A DNA stretch of 64,000 nucleotides from NCBI GenBank assembly GCA_003645455.1, contig QNFE01000003.1, positions 1,442 to 65,441 of the forward strand, given 5' to 3'. Below the pieces are notes generated by a model. The model was given only the letters and a program-made list of their open reading frames with translations. It was not told the origin of the DNA and did not search any database. A program made the translations under genes and the position numbers. Shown here piece by piece: positions 37,491-48,594 of the stretch. The number at the start of each line of letters is the position of its first letter. Positions within the stretch are counted from its first letter, which is position 1. Source of the DNA: Gammaproteobacteria bacterium (GTDB lineage: Bacteria; Pseudomonadota; Gammaproteobacteria; QNFE01).

Positions 37491-39746
37491 ATGTTAGTGA
37501 GTCAAAATTATGAAAAAATGGAATTAGCTGAATTTGTCAAAAAGGCATATTTGGATTATTCGATGTCGGTCATATTAGATCGGGCTTTGCCTCATATCGG
37601 TGATGGCTTGAAACCTGTGCAACGGCGGATTATATTTGCGATGAGTCAACTTTCCTTGCATAATAGTGCCAAACCTAAAAAATGTGCCAGAACTGTTGGT
37701 GATGTTTTGGGTAAATTTCATCCTCACGGTGATAGTGCTTGTTATGAGGCGATGGTTTTAATGTCGCAATCTTTTTCAACCCTATATCCTCTGATAGAAG
37801 GTCATGGCAATTTTGGTTCGGCAGATGACCCTAAATCATTCGCCGCGATGAGATATACCGAGGCAAAGTTATCCGCTTTTGCCGAATTATTGTTAGATAA
37901 AATAAATCAAGGCACAGTGCAATGGCAACCAAACTTTGATGGCACATTGCAAGAACCTAAATTATTACCCTCAGCCGTGCCGCATATTGTGTTAAATGGC
38001 ACAACTGGAATTGCCGTTTCAATGGCAACGGATATTCCACCGCATAATCTAGCAGAAATATGCAAGGCTTGTATTAAAATTTTACAAAGTCCTAATTTGA
38101 GCGAAGATCAATTATTTAAACTAGTGCCTGCACCTGATTATCCTACGGCAGCTACCATTATATCCAAAAAAGAGGAGATAGAGCAGGTTTATAAAACAGG
38201 CAAGGGCAGTATTCGCACCAGAGCCGTGTATATGGAAAATGGTAAAAATATAATTATCAATCATCTGCCATATCAAGTATCTCCATCCAAAATAATAAAA
38301 CAAATAGGTAGTTTAATCCAGAGCAAAAAACTATTATCTTTGGATGACATAAGAGATGAATCTGACCACGAAAACCCGATTAGAATCGTTTTGCATATCA
38401 AAGGCAATAGACAAAATGCCACCAAAATAATGCAAAATTTATATGCACTGACAGATTTGGAGAAATCATTTCGAGTTAATATGAATATGATCGGCATAAA
38501 TGGCAGACCGCAGGTTAAATCTTTGTTAGTTATTTTGCAAGAGTGGTTATCCTGGCGGATAAATATTGTCAAACTTCATCACTTATGGCGACTTGATAAA
38601 ATATCAAAAAGATTGCATATTTTAGATGGTTTATTGATAGCTTATCTGAACTTAGATGAGGTGATAAGGATTATAAGAGAAGAAGACGAGCCGAAGATAA
38701 AACTTATGCAAAAATTCTCTTTGAGTGAGATTCAAGCCGATGCAATCTTAGAGACGAAGTTAAAAAATCTGGCAAGATTAGAGCAGATAAAAATCAAAGC
38801 CGAGAGAGATTTATTAAAAGAAGAACAAAATACAGTTAAAGAGATTTTATCAGACCAAAAAAATCTTAAAAAAGAGGTTATTAGTGAATTAAAAGAGGCA
38901 ATTAAAAAATATCCAAACTCGCGTATTAGCCCTATTGTTGAGATGGAAAAATCTGTCGCTATCAATATTGAATCTTTGCAACCTACCTATGGTATTACGG
39001 TAATTTTATCAAAACACGGCTGGATAAGAGCCGCCAAAGGACATAATATTGATATTGAAAAATTAAATTACAAACAATCAGATGGTTTATTCAAAGCAGT
39101 TGAATTAAAATCAACCGATGAGGTCGTTATTATTGACAATACAGGTAGGGCATATAGCATCGCAGTTATAAATCTACCAAGTGCCAGAGGTCTGGGCGAG
39201 CCGATTAGTAGCAAAATCAAATTATCCGATGGAGCGGTTATAATTGATATGATAGGGGGCTTGAAAGATACTGATAAAATCTTATTTTCAACGAATGCAG
39301 GGTATGGTTTTATGAGTGAGTTTCAACAGATAAAAAGTAAATTATTAGCGGGCAAACAAATTATAAATATTGGCGATAATAATTCTATGTTGCCACCTAT
39401 AATAGTGCAAAATGAAAAAACCCAAAAAATTATCAGCATTAGTAGTATAGGTTATATGCTTTGTTTTGATTTATCTCAATTGCCAACCCTATCAAATGCC
39501 AAGGGAGTTAAAATCATCAATATTCCTGCCAAATCTCGTTTGCAAAATAATGAGATTTTATCAAAAATTAATTTATTTTATCCTAATGATAAAATAATAT
39601 TAAATGCTGGTAAAAGAATTTTTACCATCAATCCATCGGACATTCAAATTTTTATGGGAAAAAGAGCCCTCAGAGGCAAAAAACTCCCCCGAGGGTTGTG
39701 TGGTGTTGATACAATTCAAATTAAATCAAGTTTAACGAGTTATTAA
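37491..39746 (+). CDS. parC: DNA topoisomerase IV subunit A
   Basis: [41 protein letters not shown]. Confidence 0.95.
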   Translation: MLVSQNYEKMELAEFVKKAYLDYSMSVILDRALPHIGDGLKPVQRRIIFAMSQLSLHNSAKPKKCARTVGDVLGKFHPHGDSACYEAMVLMSQSFSTLYPLIEGHGNFGSADDPKSFAAMRYTEAKLSAFAELLLDKINQGTVQWQPNFDGTLQEPKLLPSAVPHIVLNGTTGIAVSMATDIPPHNLAEICKACIKILQSPNLSEDQLFKLVPAPDYPTAATIISKKEEIEQVYKTGKGSIRTRAVYMENGKNIIINHLPYQVSPSKIIKQIGSLIQSKKLLSLDDIRDESDHENPIRIVLHIKGNRQNATKIMQNLYALTDLEKSFRVNMNMIGINGRPQVKSLLVILQEWLSWRINIVKLHHLWRLDKISKRLHILDGLLIAYLNLDEVIRIIREEDEPKIKLMQKFSLSEIQADAILETKLKNLARLEQIKIKAERDLLKEEQNTVKEILSDQKNLKKEVISELKEAIKKYPNSRISPIVEMEKSVAINIESLQPTYGITVILSKHGWIRAAKGHNIDIEKLNYKQSDGLFKAVELKSTDEVVIIDNTGRAYSIAVINLPSARGLGEPISSKIKLSDGAVIIDMIGGLKDTDKILFSTNAGYGFMSEFQQIKSKLLAGKQIINIGDNNSMLPPIIVQNEKTQKIISISSIGYMLCFDLSQLPTLSNAKGVKIINIPAKSRLQNNEILSKINLFYPNDKIILNAGKRIFTINPSDIQIFMGKRALRGKKLPRGLCGVDTIQIKSSLTSY

Positions 39747-40522
39747 CGAATTCTTTTTAGGATGTTTTTTCTAAAATCATTGTCGGTTAAACCTGTTTTA
39801 AATTTATAATCGCTCCATTCTAAAACAGTAGATTTACCAGATTGATGATTTATCATAGTCATTTTTGCAGGACGCCAATGTTTGTTTGCGTATTGTTTAT
39901 ATCCATCTGCTGTCAATGTTTTTAACAATGAATCTTTGCGATCATGATAAACAATTTTTATGGCTACTAATCGTTTTTTATCAATCCAAACTATACTCTT
40001 TTTATAACCTGAATATTTGTAGGCTGGAATTCGGACAATTTTATAACATTCAATTCCATTGATTTTTTCATCACCCTTATATTCATAGGTATATTTTTCC
40101 ACCTCTTGTGATGATATGTCCTCATAAGCGAATTCAGAACCCATAAAAGGACCTGATTTATTTTTGGATGAGATACGTTTGACTCTTTTCAAAGCAGGTA
40201 AATACATCCATTGTTGGTCAGGTTCTAAACCGTGTGACCAGGTTAAAAAAGCTGTACCTTTTACATCAGCAGGTTTATCAAAAATTGAGATGCTTTTGTT
40301 GCCATCACCTGTTACCTCTAATGTTCGATTGCGGATATAACGAATACTAGTATCACCTTGTTTATTTTTGAGAGTCATTTTCATCTGAGCTGTGGTATCG
40401 TGAAAACCTAAATCAGAATCATAGGCTTGTTGGCTTATTTCCAAACCTCTCTCTTGTGGGGTTTGTGCTATGGCTACAAACGGTATCAACAGCAAAAAAA
40501 TAAAAGTTTTTAAAAATTTCAT
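39743..40522 (-). CDS. LolA-like outer membrane lipoprotein-sorting protein
   Basis: Signal peptide; [36 protein letters not shown]. Confidence 0.88.
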   Translation of the reverse strand: MKFLKTFIFLLLIPFVAIAQTPQERGLEISQQAYDSDLGFHDTTAQMKMTLKNKQGDTSIRYIRNRTLEVTGDGNKSISIFDKPADVKGTAFLTWSHGLEPDQQWMYLPALKRVKRISSKNKSGPFMGSEFAYEDISSQEVEKYTYEYKGDEKINGIECYKIVRIPAYKYSGYKKSIVWIDKKRLVAIKIVYHDRKDSLLKTLTADGYKQYANKHWRPAKMTMINHQSGKSTVLEWSDYKFKTGLTDNDFRKNILKRIR

Positions 40523-40547
40523 AATAATCTCCTAAAAAATAAAAATC

Positions 40548-42836
40548 CTAAGCTTTTTTTCTGTCCATCCACATCAATAGTGGTGGTAAAAATAGAAAAT
40601 CAGCAATAAGTGCCAAAACTATTGTAATGGCGGTTAATAATCCAGTATCAGAATTGATACTAAAACCAGATTGCGACAAGACGGAAAATCCGCCCACCAG
40701 AATTACAGTTGTTACTAATAAAGCGGCTCCTACTGTATTAAAAGCATACCGCACAGCCTCAGGTGCCGGCATATTTTTCTCTCGCCTTGCTCGTAAGTAT
40801 TTGCTTAAAAAGTGAATACTGTCATCAACAACAATGCCAAGCGACATCGAAGTTACCACAGATGCCGCCAATCCAATTTGTCCTACCAATACACCCCAAA
40901 CCCCAAACGCCATCATAGCAGGGGCAATGTTTGGTATAAGGCTTATCATTCCGTGTTTAAATGAACCCAGTGCAAAAATAAGCAAAGCGGATATCATAAT
41001 TAAAGCTACCGCAACACCGCTTAACATACTTTTGATATTTCTCATACCAATATGCGAGAACATCAGCGCAGAACTGGCAGGGTCAATATCAATCTCTGGG
41101 GCATTTTTATCAAACCAAGCTATGGCATCATCTGAGTATTTTATCATATCTTGCGATGAGATAGAGTTTAAAGTTGCAGTTAATTTTAATGAGGACTTAT
41201 CCACATTCATCTGATTGTTAAGGTCTAAACCATAGGGTAGTGACATCTCGTATAATAACAAATATTGAGCGGCCAGATCACGTTTTTCTGGGATTTTATA
41301 CCAAGCCTCATCATCTGAGTGCATATTTTTATTTAATCTTTTTTCAACATCGGTAAAAGAATAGACGTGCAAAGTATCTTTTTTGTTTTTTAGATATTTA
41401 CTAAATTTTTCAACAGTGTGGAGGAATTTAGGGGATGATATGCCACCTGCCTCACGGCTACCCAAAGAAAAATCAATAAAATATAAACCAGTTAAATTAT
41501 CGGTTAATAAGTCTGCTTTTTGGCGAAACTCCATTGAGGTATCAAAATACTCCACCATTTTATCGTTGAGTTGGTTCAGCGGCACTAAACTTATCAAACC
41601 TACAATAACTATTGTCATTGCTATAAAATAACGTTTTTGATATTTTATAACATTAGTTGCCAAGTTATCAATAATTTTATATTTTGCTTGTTGCACTTTG
41701 CCGTGTTTTACTTTGACAGGCAAAAAACTCATCAAAATTGGTAAAATTGTCAAGGACAAAAAGAAAGCATAAATAACTCCTATGGCAGTAATGTTGCCAA
41801 GATCACGAAAAGGTGGTGCATCAGAGAAATTCATACTAAAAAAACCGATAGCAGTAGTAAGCGAAGTTAAAAATATGGGATGAAAATTGATACGAATACT
41901 TTCAACAATTGCCTCATTTTTATTTTTACCCTGTTGCATATGTTGCAACATACTCATCAAAAAGTGGACACAATCTGCCACTGCCAAAGTCAAAATCAAC
42001 AAAGGAGCCGAGGCGGAGGGTGGGCTGAGTTTTATCCCCAACCAGCCTGCGGTGCCCATCGCAGTTATGATTGATAAAACTATAATTAAAAATGTGCCAA
42101 GTGTGCCACTTAATGATTTGGTAAACCAATACAAACCGAGCATAATTATCAAAAATGTAATCGGCACTAAGGTTTGCATATCAGATTTTGATGCCTCTGG
42201 AAATGCATTATTCATCATAACACCACCGGTATCAGTAAATTCAATATCAGGATATTCGGCTCGATATTTTTTTAACATCTCTCGGACAAATGTAGCAATT
42301 TCAGCAATTTCATTGTTATGTGCCCCTGGCAATTGCACCGTAATATTTACCCCTGTGGCATGCCCCGCAGGAGATATAATCCGATTTATCAACAACGGCT
42401 CGGCAAGGGCTATTTTTTTAATTTTTTGAATATAGTTCTTGTTTATGGTCTCTTCTGCATCAATCAAATCACCAACAATCAAATCATCCTCATCAGAATA
42501 AGTATGTTGAAAATTAGCCAATGAATCAACTCGCGAAGAATATGGAGTTTGCCAACTATCTGTTGTGAGTTTTAAAATCGCCTCAAATGTTTGGGCATTA
42601 AAAACATTGCCAGATTTAGGACGAAGCATTATCATCACATTATCATTTTTGTTGTAAGTATCTTGCATCTTATCAAAAGCGATTAGTTGTGGATTATCTT
42701 CGCTAAAAAATATCCTATAATCAGAGCTAAATACCAAATTTTTAGCCCCATATGTTGCCACAGTCGCCAATAACAACATAAAAACCAAAACAGCAAAACG
42801 GTTTTTTAAAATAAAATTGGCATATTTTGTAATCAT
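40548..42836 (-). CDS. MMPL/RND-family transporter
   Basis: Two TM bundles; LAVADCVH, LTSLTTAIGF, GIVVDDSIH. Confidence 0.9.
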   Translation of the reverse strand: MITKYANFILKNRFAVLVFMLLLATVATYGAKNLVFSSDYRIFFSEDNPQLIAFDKMQDTYNKNDNVMIMLRPKSGNVFNAQTFEAILKLTTDSWQTPYSSRVDSLANFQHTYSDEDDLIVGDLIDAEETINKNYIQKIKKIALAEPLLINRIISPAGHATGVNITVQLPGAHNNEIAEIATFVREMLKKYRAEYPDIEFTDTGGVMMNNAFPEASKSDMQTLVPITFLIIMLGLYWFTKSLSGTLGTFLIIVLSIITAMGTAGWLGIKLSPPSASAPLLILTLAVADCVHFLMSMLQHMQQGKNKNEAIVESIRINFHPIFLTSLTTAIGFFSMNFSDAPPFRDLGNITAIGVIYAFFLSLTILPILMSFLPVKVKHGKVQQAKYKIIDNLATNVIKYQKRYFIAMTIVIVGLISLVPLNQLNDKMVEYFDTSMEFRQKADLLTDNLTGLYFIDFSLGSREAGGISSPKFLHTVEKFSKYLKNKKDTLHVYSFTDVEKRLNKNMHSDDEAWYKIPEKRDLAAQYLLLYEMSLPYGLDLNNQMNVDKSSLKLTATLNSISSQDMIKYSDDAIAWFDKNAPEIDIDPASSALMFSHIGMRNIKSMLSGVAVALIMISALLIFALGSFKHGMISLIPNIAPAMMAFGVWGVLVGQIGLAASVVTSMSLGIVVDDSIHFLSKYLRARREKNMPAPEAVRYAFNTVGAALLVTTVILVGGFSVLSQSGFSINSDTGLLTAITIVLALIADFLFLPPLLMWMDRKKA

Positions 42837-43276
42837 TTTTTAACCTCTTGTGGAATCCATGTTTGAGTGCGATAAAAAAAAGCTACATAACCACGAACTT
42901 TTAATTTACCATTTTCAAACCACATCTTGCAATCATATTCTTTGCCTTTTTTTGGTGAATATATTGTGCCACCTGAATACTCTTTGCCATCTTTTTTTAG
43001 ATTTTCTAAAATTATCATACCTATTATTTTTTTATTTTTTCTTTTGCCTGTGCATTTATCACATATTGGGTCTTGCTCTTCTGACTTTTTGCGGAATAAT
43101 TTAATAATTTTGCCATAAAATGCACCGTTTTTTTGATAAATTTGCACAATAGATTTTGCAGTGCCTGTCTCATCATCAATTGTTTTGTAGGTTCCTGTTA
43201 GTGGATCTGTGGTTGCCATAACATTATAACTGCTTATCAACAAAAATAAACCTATAATTTTAAATAAAGTTTTCAT
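42833..43276 (-). CDS. DUF2147 exported protein
   Basis: KTIDDETG.AKSIVQIY, CDKC, GGTIYSP, KVRGY..FYRTQTW. Confidence 0.88.
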   Translation of the reverse strand: MKTLFKIIGLFLLISSYNVMATTDPLTGTYKTIDDETGTAKSIVQIYQKNGAFYGKIIKLFRKKSEEQDPICDKCTGKRKNKKIIGMIILENLKKDGKEYSGGTIYSPKKGKEYDCKMWFENGKLKVRGYVAFFYRTQTWIPQEVKK

Positions 43277-43305
43277 GATTCTCTCCTGTTTTAAAAAATA
43301 AAAAA

Positions 43306-44091
43306 CTACATATTGTTATGTAGTCTCTCATACTCATCAGCAAAAATATTGTTTTGCAAATCTGCTTTGATTTTGTTACAATCAATTGCATCTGATAAGG
43401 GTTGCCAATTTAACCCATCTAAGGTTGAATTGATCATGCTTAATGTGGCAGAATCTGTGTCATCTACACCAAGATTTTGCCAGTTTATATCTGTTGTTGC
43501 TAACAATGCACCTCCGTATACTTGTGACCACAAGCCATACAAAATTTTCTCAGAACTAATGGATTTAGGAGGTATCAATTCTTTGTTATCAAAAGCCTTT
43601 TTTATAATATTGTTTATTATACCAATAACCAAAACTTCTTTTTTTTTAATCTGCTCTAAGGTTGCAGGCTGTAATTTAGCCAATATGTGGGATGAGCGCA
43701 TTATTTGCATATTTTTAAAATCATCAGGATGTAGGCGATTTAATAACTGGTAAGTAAAAAATATCGCTATTATTTTTTGACGAGTTGAACCCTCATAATT
43801 AGCCACTTTTTGAAAAAAATCAATGTGGCTATCAATACAACAGGTGCATAAATCTGCCACAATTTCTTCTTTGTTGGCATAATGTAAATAAATCGTGCCT
43901 TTGGAGCATTGGATTTCTTTGGCAATTTTGTCCATAGACAAACCAGCAAAACCATCAGTTGATAGGATTTTGCGAGCAACATCTAAAACCAGATTCTTTC
44001 TGTTATTTATTTCTTGTTGTTTGCGTGATAATTTTTTGCAGCAAAATTTATCAGCAATTTTGTTCAATAAATCATTCAATGTTATCTCCAA
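43306..44091 (-). CDS. TetR/AcrR-family regulator
   Basis: GFAGLSMDKIAKEIQCSKGTIYLHYANKEE HTH; start uncertain. Confidence 0.9.
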   Translation of the reverse strand: MEITLNDLLNKIADKFCCKKLSRKQQEINNRKNLVLDVARKILSTDGFAGLSMDKIAKEIQCSKGTIYLHYANKEEIVADLCTCCIDSHIDFFQKVANYEGSTRQKIIAIFFTYQLLNRLHPDDFKNMQIMRSSHILAKLQPATLEQIKKKEVLVIGIINNIIKKAFDNKELIPPKSISSEKILYGLWSQVYGGALLATTDINWQNLGVDDTDSATLSMINSTLDGLNWQPLSDAIDCNKIKADLQNNIFADEYERLHNNM

Positions 44092-44101
44092 ATAATATTA
44101 T

Positions 44102-44134
44102 TTTGACTATTCGTCAAATAATGACAATGTGTCA
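44102..44134. promoter_or_regulatory. Tandem TGAC-N5-GTCA palindromes, probable TetR operators
   Basis: tttgactattcgtcaaa and tgacaatgtgtca directly upstream of tetR. Confidence 0.55.
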
Positions 44135-44234
44135 ATTATAGTAATATTATTTGAAAAGTCAACTTTTTTTACAATAAAATTAAAAATAAATTGATATATA
44201 TCGGTTATTTTATGTATAATCTCCATTTTGTTAC

Positions 44235-44331
44235 GAGACCTTTGCATAATTCAAGTGCTGTTTAGAATAATAAGAAAATAGTGCATATTTTATTGTTGTT
44301 ATAAATTGTGCTTGAATTATGCAAAGGTCTC
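44235..44331. mobile_element. Short GAGACC-family MITE with GTTAC target duplication
   Basis: gttac-gagacctttgcataattcaag...cttgaattatgcaaaggtctc-gttac. Confidence 0.88.
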
Positions 44332-44361
44332 GTTACATTTTTAAATTTAAATAATTATGCT

Positions 44362-45630
44362 ATGCTCAAAAATAATGTAGTGCTATTTTCCGCTTTATTT
44401 GTTGTGTTTTTTATATCGTCCTGCTCGGCTGATTTAAAAAAAGATGCAGAAATTAAACAGAACACCGAACAACAAAATGTAGCTAAAAAAACAGCCGTAA
44501 CCGAACAACAAAATGTAGCTAAAAAAACAGCCGTAACCGAACAACAAAATGTAGCTAAAAAAACAGCCGTAACCGAACAACAAAATGTAGCTAAAAAAAC
44601 AGCCACAGAAGATAAATTGATAGAATCGGAGTGGCCAATAGAAGCAAATATAGACACAAAAGAAACAACAAATCAAAAAGTTTTAGTAAAAAATAATGAA
44701 ACAGAAAGCGATAAAATATCTTCAATTAAATACTATAAAAAATTAAATAATAAATATCGAAAAATCGAAAAATATACTATAGAAGTGGATGCGCCATTAA
44801 TAAAAAACAATGAATTTCCTGTGTCCCTACCTTATTACAACGATCTTTTGACTGGTAAAAATAAACTCAAAGCAATATTGATGATACCGATGAAGCTTAC
44901 CATCACTAATTCAGCCCAACGGCGTCTGTTTACTATTTTTACTCAAAAATCAAAATCAACACTTAAAATTGGCACAAAATTAATAAAAGTAAAGCAGGTT
45001 TTTATAGAAAAAAATCAAGAGAGAGAAAATGATTTAGCTGTTTTTGTGGGAAACAACAAACAGATATATCATACAAAAAAATCAAAATCAAAATATATTA
45101 TAAAATTTTTTCTGCCTGTAAATCACAAGCATTTTAATGACGGTTTTATTAAAGTTTCAATAGCATCAACCAATGGCATAGAATTAACAAAAATTTGTGA
45201 AAAACATATTACATGTATAAAACCTGCCTTTATTAAAATATTGCCAAGATATGTTCATTACAATTTTGATGTGGCAAATACTTCGGGCTTTAATAGGAAC
45301 AAACCAAAACAAAAATTTACCATTAGTAGTTCTAATGTAAATTTATTAATAAAAGAAAACGGTAAGAAAAAAACAACTATATATTATCATAAGTTACCTG
45401 CATCATTTACAGTTAAATACGATGCAAAAAAAAGTAAATTTAATCGCAGTTTGATAAGAAAGTCTTTTATTGTAATAAAAAATAATTTGGATATATATCC
45501 CATAATACCCTATATGTCATCTGATAAGTATTCTATTGATGATGTGATAACAATAACTAATTTGACATCAAAACAAGAGTTGACCACACAGACAATTAAT
45601 AGAGTCAAAAAAATGTCTACAAAACATTAA
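44362..45630 (+). CDS. Lipoprotein of unrecognised family, paralog 1
   Basis: Lipobox ISSC; shares YTIEVxAPxIxNNxFPV and other blocks with the next two genes. Confidence 0.75.
   Translation: MLKNNVVLFSALFVVFFISSCSADLKKDAEIKQNTEQQNVAKKTAVTEQQNVAKKTAVTEQQNVAKKTAVTEQQNVAKKTATEDKLIESEWPIEANIDTKETTNQKVLVKNNETESDKISSIKYYKKLNNKYRKIEKYTIEVDAPLIKNNEFPVSLPYYNDLLTGKNKLKAILMIPMKLTITNSAQRRLFTIFTQKSKSTLKIGTKLIKVKQVFIEKNQERENDLAVFVGNNKQIYHTKKSKSKYIIKFFLPVNHKHFNDGFIKVSIASTNGIELTKICEKHITCIKPAFIKILPRYVHYNFDVANTSGFNRNKPKQKFTISSSNVNLLIKENGKKKTTIYYHKLPASFTVKYDAKKSKFNRSLIRKSFIVIKNNLDIYPIIPYMSSDKYSIDDVITITNLTSKQELTTQTINRVKKMSTKH
44464..44604 (+). repeat. 36-bp in-frame VNTR (TEQQNVAKKTAV x about 4)
   Basis: Unit accgaacaacaaaatgtagctaaaaaaacagccgta. 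Confidence 0.95.
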
Positions 45631-45639
45631 AACCATTTT

Positions 45640-45796
45640 GAGACCTTTGCATAATTCAAGTGCGATTTAAATAATAAGAAAATAGTGCATATTTTATTAA
45701 AAAAGAGGAAAATAGCTTGCTATTTGACAAGTTTTTTGGTAAAATAGGTGCATTTTATTGTTGTTATAAATTGTGCTTGAATTATGCAAAGGTCTC
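45640..45796. mobile_element. GAGACC-family MITE
   Basis: gagacctttgcataattcaag ... cttgaattatgcaaaggtctc. Confidence 0.9.
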
Positions 45797-45809
45797 ACTT
45801 TATGCTATT

Positions 45810-46703
45810 ATGCTTACAAACTATTTAAAAATTGCCATTATGTTGCCACTATTTATGCAAGTTATTGTAGCTTGCTCTTCTGCTGAAACATATGTCATAG
45901 AATTACAGGCTCCACTTATAGATAACAACGAATTTCCAGTTGCTATTGATTATTATAACGACTTATTGGATAACAAAAATAAATTAAAAGCTTACTTGTT
46001 GGTGCCAGTTAAACTTACAATTACTGGCTCACAAAAAAGAAGGTTGTTTACAATTTATACCATGAACTCCAATTCTAAATTAAAATTTGGCACAGATTTA
46101 TTAAAAATTAACCAAGTGCATCTAACTAAAAAACAAATAAAAGTAGCCAATTTACAAACTTTTATCGGTCCAGATAAAAATATTTACCATACAAAAAAAT
46201 CAGATACAACTAATATTATAAAATTCAAAATACCTATCACCCACAAACACTTCAATGGCGGATCTGTGAAGATTCTTGTCGGATCTAGCAACGGCACAGA
46301 GCTCTCAAACATATGTGAACTAAATTCAAAATGTATGAAAGATGCATCTTTTACTATTAAACCTAGATACATTAAGTACGGTTTTAAGTTAAATGGAGGC
46401 TCTAACTACATACATTATGCGCCAACACACACAAATAAAGTTTATAAATCAAATGTGGACCTACATATCTTTAAAAACAACATTAAAAGAAATACATTGC
46501 TCCGCGAAGATTTACCAGCTTCATTTTCTGTGGGATACAATAAAAACAATCAAAAATATACCATAGATATTCGTCCTATAATTCCTTATATGTCATCTGA
46601 TGCATATCACAGTAATGATAAAATTATAAGCACATACTCAGTATCTAAACCGATATTAGATTACAAAAACATCAAAAAAGCAGAAAAATTATTAGATAAT
46701 TAA
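45810..46703 (+). CDS. Lipoprotein of unrecognised family, paralog 2
   Basis: Lipobox IVAC; same conserved blocks. Confidence 0.75.
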   Translation: MLTNYLKIAIMLPLFMQVIVACSSAETYVIELQAPLIDNNEFPVAIDYYNDLLDNKNKLKAYLLVPVKLTITGSQKRRLFTIYTMNSNSKLKFGTDLLKINQVHLTKKQIKVANLQTFIGPDKNIYHTKKSDTTNIIKFKIPITHKHFNGGSVKILVGSSNGTELSNICELNSKCMKDASFTIKPRYIKYGFKLNGGSNYIHYAPTHTNKVYKSNVDLHIFKNNIKRNTLLREDLPASFSVGYNKNNQKYTIDIRPIIPYMSSDAYHSNDKIISTYSVSKPILDYKNIKKAEKLLDN

Positions 46704-46767
46704 ATAAATATGTTTTTTAATATTTTTATTATGGTATAGTAGGACACTCTTTTCTTAGGAATTTATT

Positions 46768-47850
46768 ATGTTTAAAAATTATTTAAAGTATCTGTTATTA
46801 TTATCTTTTCTTGCTGTATTCACAGTCGGTTGCTCATCCAATCAAGAAGAAGAATCTATTGATGATGAGACTGTTGTGGAGGGTGCTGTTGAAAAACCAG
46901 ACAACAAAAAACAGTCTAAAACAACAAAACGAGCAAATGAAAATAGTAATAATGTCACAAGTATAAAAGGCAAAAAGGCATTGCCAGAAAAATATACTCT
47001 AGAAGTTGTAGCACCAAAAATAGACAACAATGTATTTCCAGTTCCAGTTAAATATTTTGATGATTTGTTGACTCATAATGGCAAACTAAAAGCAGTTTTG
47101 ATGGTACCAATGAAACTTACTATTGAAAACACTCGTGAGCGTCGCCTGTTGACAATCTATACTCAAAATGTTAATTCACAAGTTCCATATGGTGCTGATT
47201 TAAGATCCATAAAACAACTTAATTTATCAAAAACGGAAAAGCATAGAGCGAATCTCTTAACTTTTGTAGGGCCAAATAAAAAAATATTTCGCACCGCAAG
47301 CTCTGCTACAACTCAGGTTGTAAATTTTAACTTACCAATAACTCACCAACATTTTCACGAAGGTCATGTCAAGGTGCTTGTAGGCTCATCAAATGGGGTG
47401 CAATTAACTGAAATTTGTGAGGTTAATAATACAGAATGTCTGACGAGTGCAACTTTTAAAGTCGTGCCAAGAGCCGTTCAATATTCCTTGGTGGCCACGG
47501 ATAAATCATATTTTTTCAACCCCAGTCCTAATCAAAAATTTAAAATATTGAAATCAAATGTGGATGTGCAAGTAAATGAAAATAATGTGCAAAAGGCGAT
47601 TGTTTCTCGTAAAAAATTGCCTGCTGAATTTCTTGTAGCTTATGTTACTCAAAAATTTAGACCTCATTTGGTGAATAGTGCAATGCCAAAATCAAGAGTG
47701 AATAACATGGACATATATCCTGTTATTTATTATATGTCATCAAATGCTTATAAGCCATCTGATGTAATTATTTCAACTCACTCTTCAACCCGTCCTGATA
47801 TTACAGTCCGTAATGCTGCAAGAGCGGTTAAAATTTTACAAAAAAAATAG
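46768..47850 (+). CDS. Lipoprotein of unrecognised family, paralog 3
   Basis: Lipobox TVGC; same conserved blocks. Confidence 0.78.
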   Translation: MFKNYLKYLLLLSFLAVFTVGCSSNQEEESIDDETVVEGAVEKPDNKKQSKTTKRANENSNNVTSIKGKKALPEKYTLEVVAPKIDNNVFPVPVKYFDDLLTHNGKLKAVLMVPMKLTIENTRERRLLTIYTQNVNSQVPYGADLRSIKQLNLSKTEKHRANLLTFVGPNKKIFRTASSATTQVVNFNLPITHQHFHEGHVKVLVGSSNGVQLTEICEVNNTECLTSATFKVVPRAVQYSLVATDKSYFFNPSPNQKFKILKSNVDVQVNENNVQKAIVSRKKLPAEFLVAYVTQKFRPHLVNSAMPKSRVNNMDIYPVIYYMSSNAYKPSDVIISTHSSTRPDITVRNAARAVKILQKK

Positions 47851-47871
47851 GAGTTTTAATTTTTTATATTT

Positions 47872-47902
47872 AAAAGGCACTCGATTGTGAGTGCCTTTTT
47901 TT
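47872..47902. terminator. Bidirectional intrinsic terminator
   Basis: aaaaggcactc-gattgt-gagtgcctttttt. Confidence 0.85.
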
Positions 47903-48594
47903 TATTTAAAAACATTGTTGATTGATAACAGTTGTTTTGTAAGATGTGGTCTTATTAAAGTTTTTGCTATTTCTTTTATTTGCCAGTAATTGACTGCAAC
48001 ATCATATTTTTTTTGTAGCAATTGTAATATTATGGATCCACTATAGGACAAAAGTTTTTTGTCGTATGCGATAGTTACCCCTCTTTGAGGAAATATGTGA
48101 TAAAAACAATCTTTTTTAATTGGTTCTGTGTTTTTAAAATCATACGAAAAATCTAGACCAAACCCTAAAAATTCAATTAAACTAAATTCAAAATTCCTTA
48201 AAACCTGATGAATGTTGATATTCTGATTTAAATCTTTCAAGGTATTTTTGTATAAATAAAAAATAACAGGGCATCCGAGACTGTGTGGTAGCAAGCGGTA
48301 TATTAACTCATTTAAATAAATAGCACTCATAAGCTTGACCCCTTTTAATCTGTGATATCTGTTGTCTGTTGCCTCCCATTTGCTGGCAACTGATAATTTT
48401 TGATTATCTCTGTAGGATACTGCCAAAGCAGTAAATGGTTGCAAGCATAAGAACTTGTGTTTTTTAGATTGTTTTGCACCTTTTGCTAACAGGCTTATCA
48501 TTCCATAATCACGGCTTAATAGTTTTAATATTTTGCTGTTATTGCCGTAATTTATGTGGTGCATTATAAAACATGGTTGCTTAAAAACATTCAT
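47902..48594 (-). CDS. recO: DNA repair protein RecO
   Basis: LLAKGAK, LQPF, YLNELIYRLL, LRNFEFSL; rnc-era-recO order. Confidence 0.88.
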   Translation of the reverse strand: MNVFKQPCFIMHHINYGNNSKILKLLSRDYGMISLLAKGAKQSKKHKFLCLQPFTALAVSYRDNQKLSVASKWEATDNRYHRLKGVKLMSAIYLNELIYRLLPHSLGCPVIFYLYKNTLKDLNQNINIHQVLRNFEFSLIEFLGFGLDFSYDFKNTEPIKKDCFYHIFPQRGVTIAYDKKLLSYSGSIILQLLQKKYDVAVNYWQIKEIAKTLIRPHLTKQLLSINNVFK

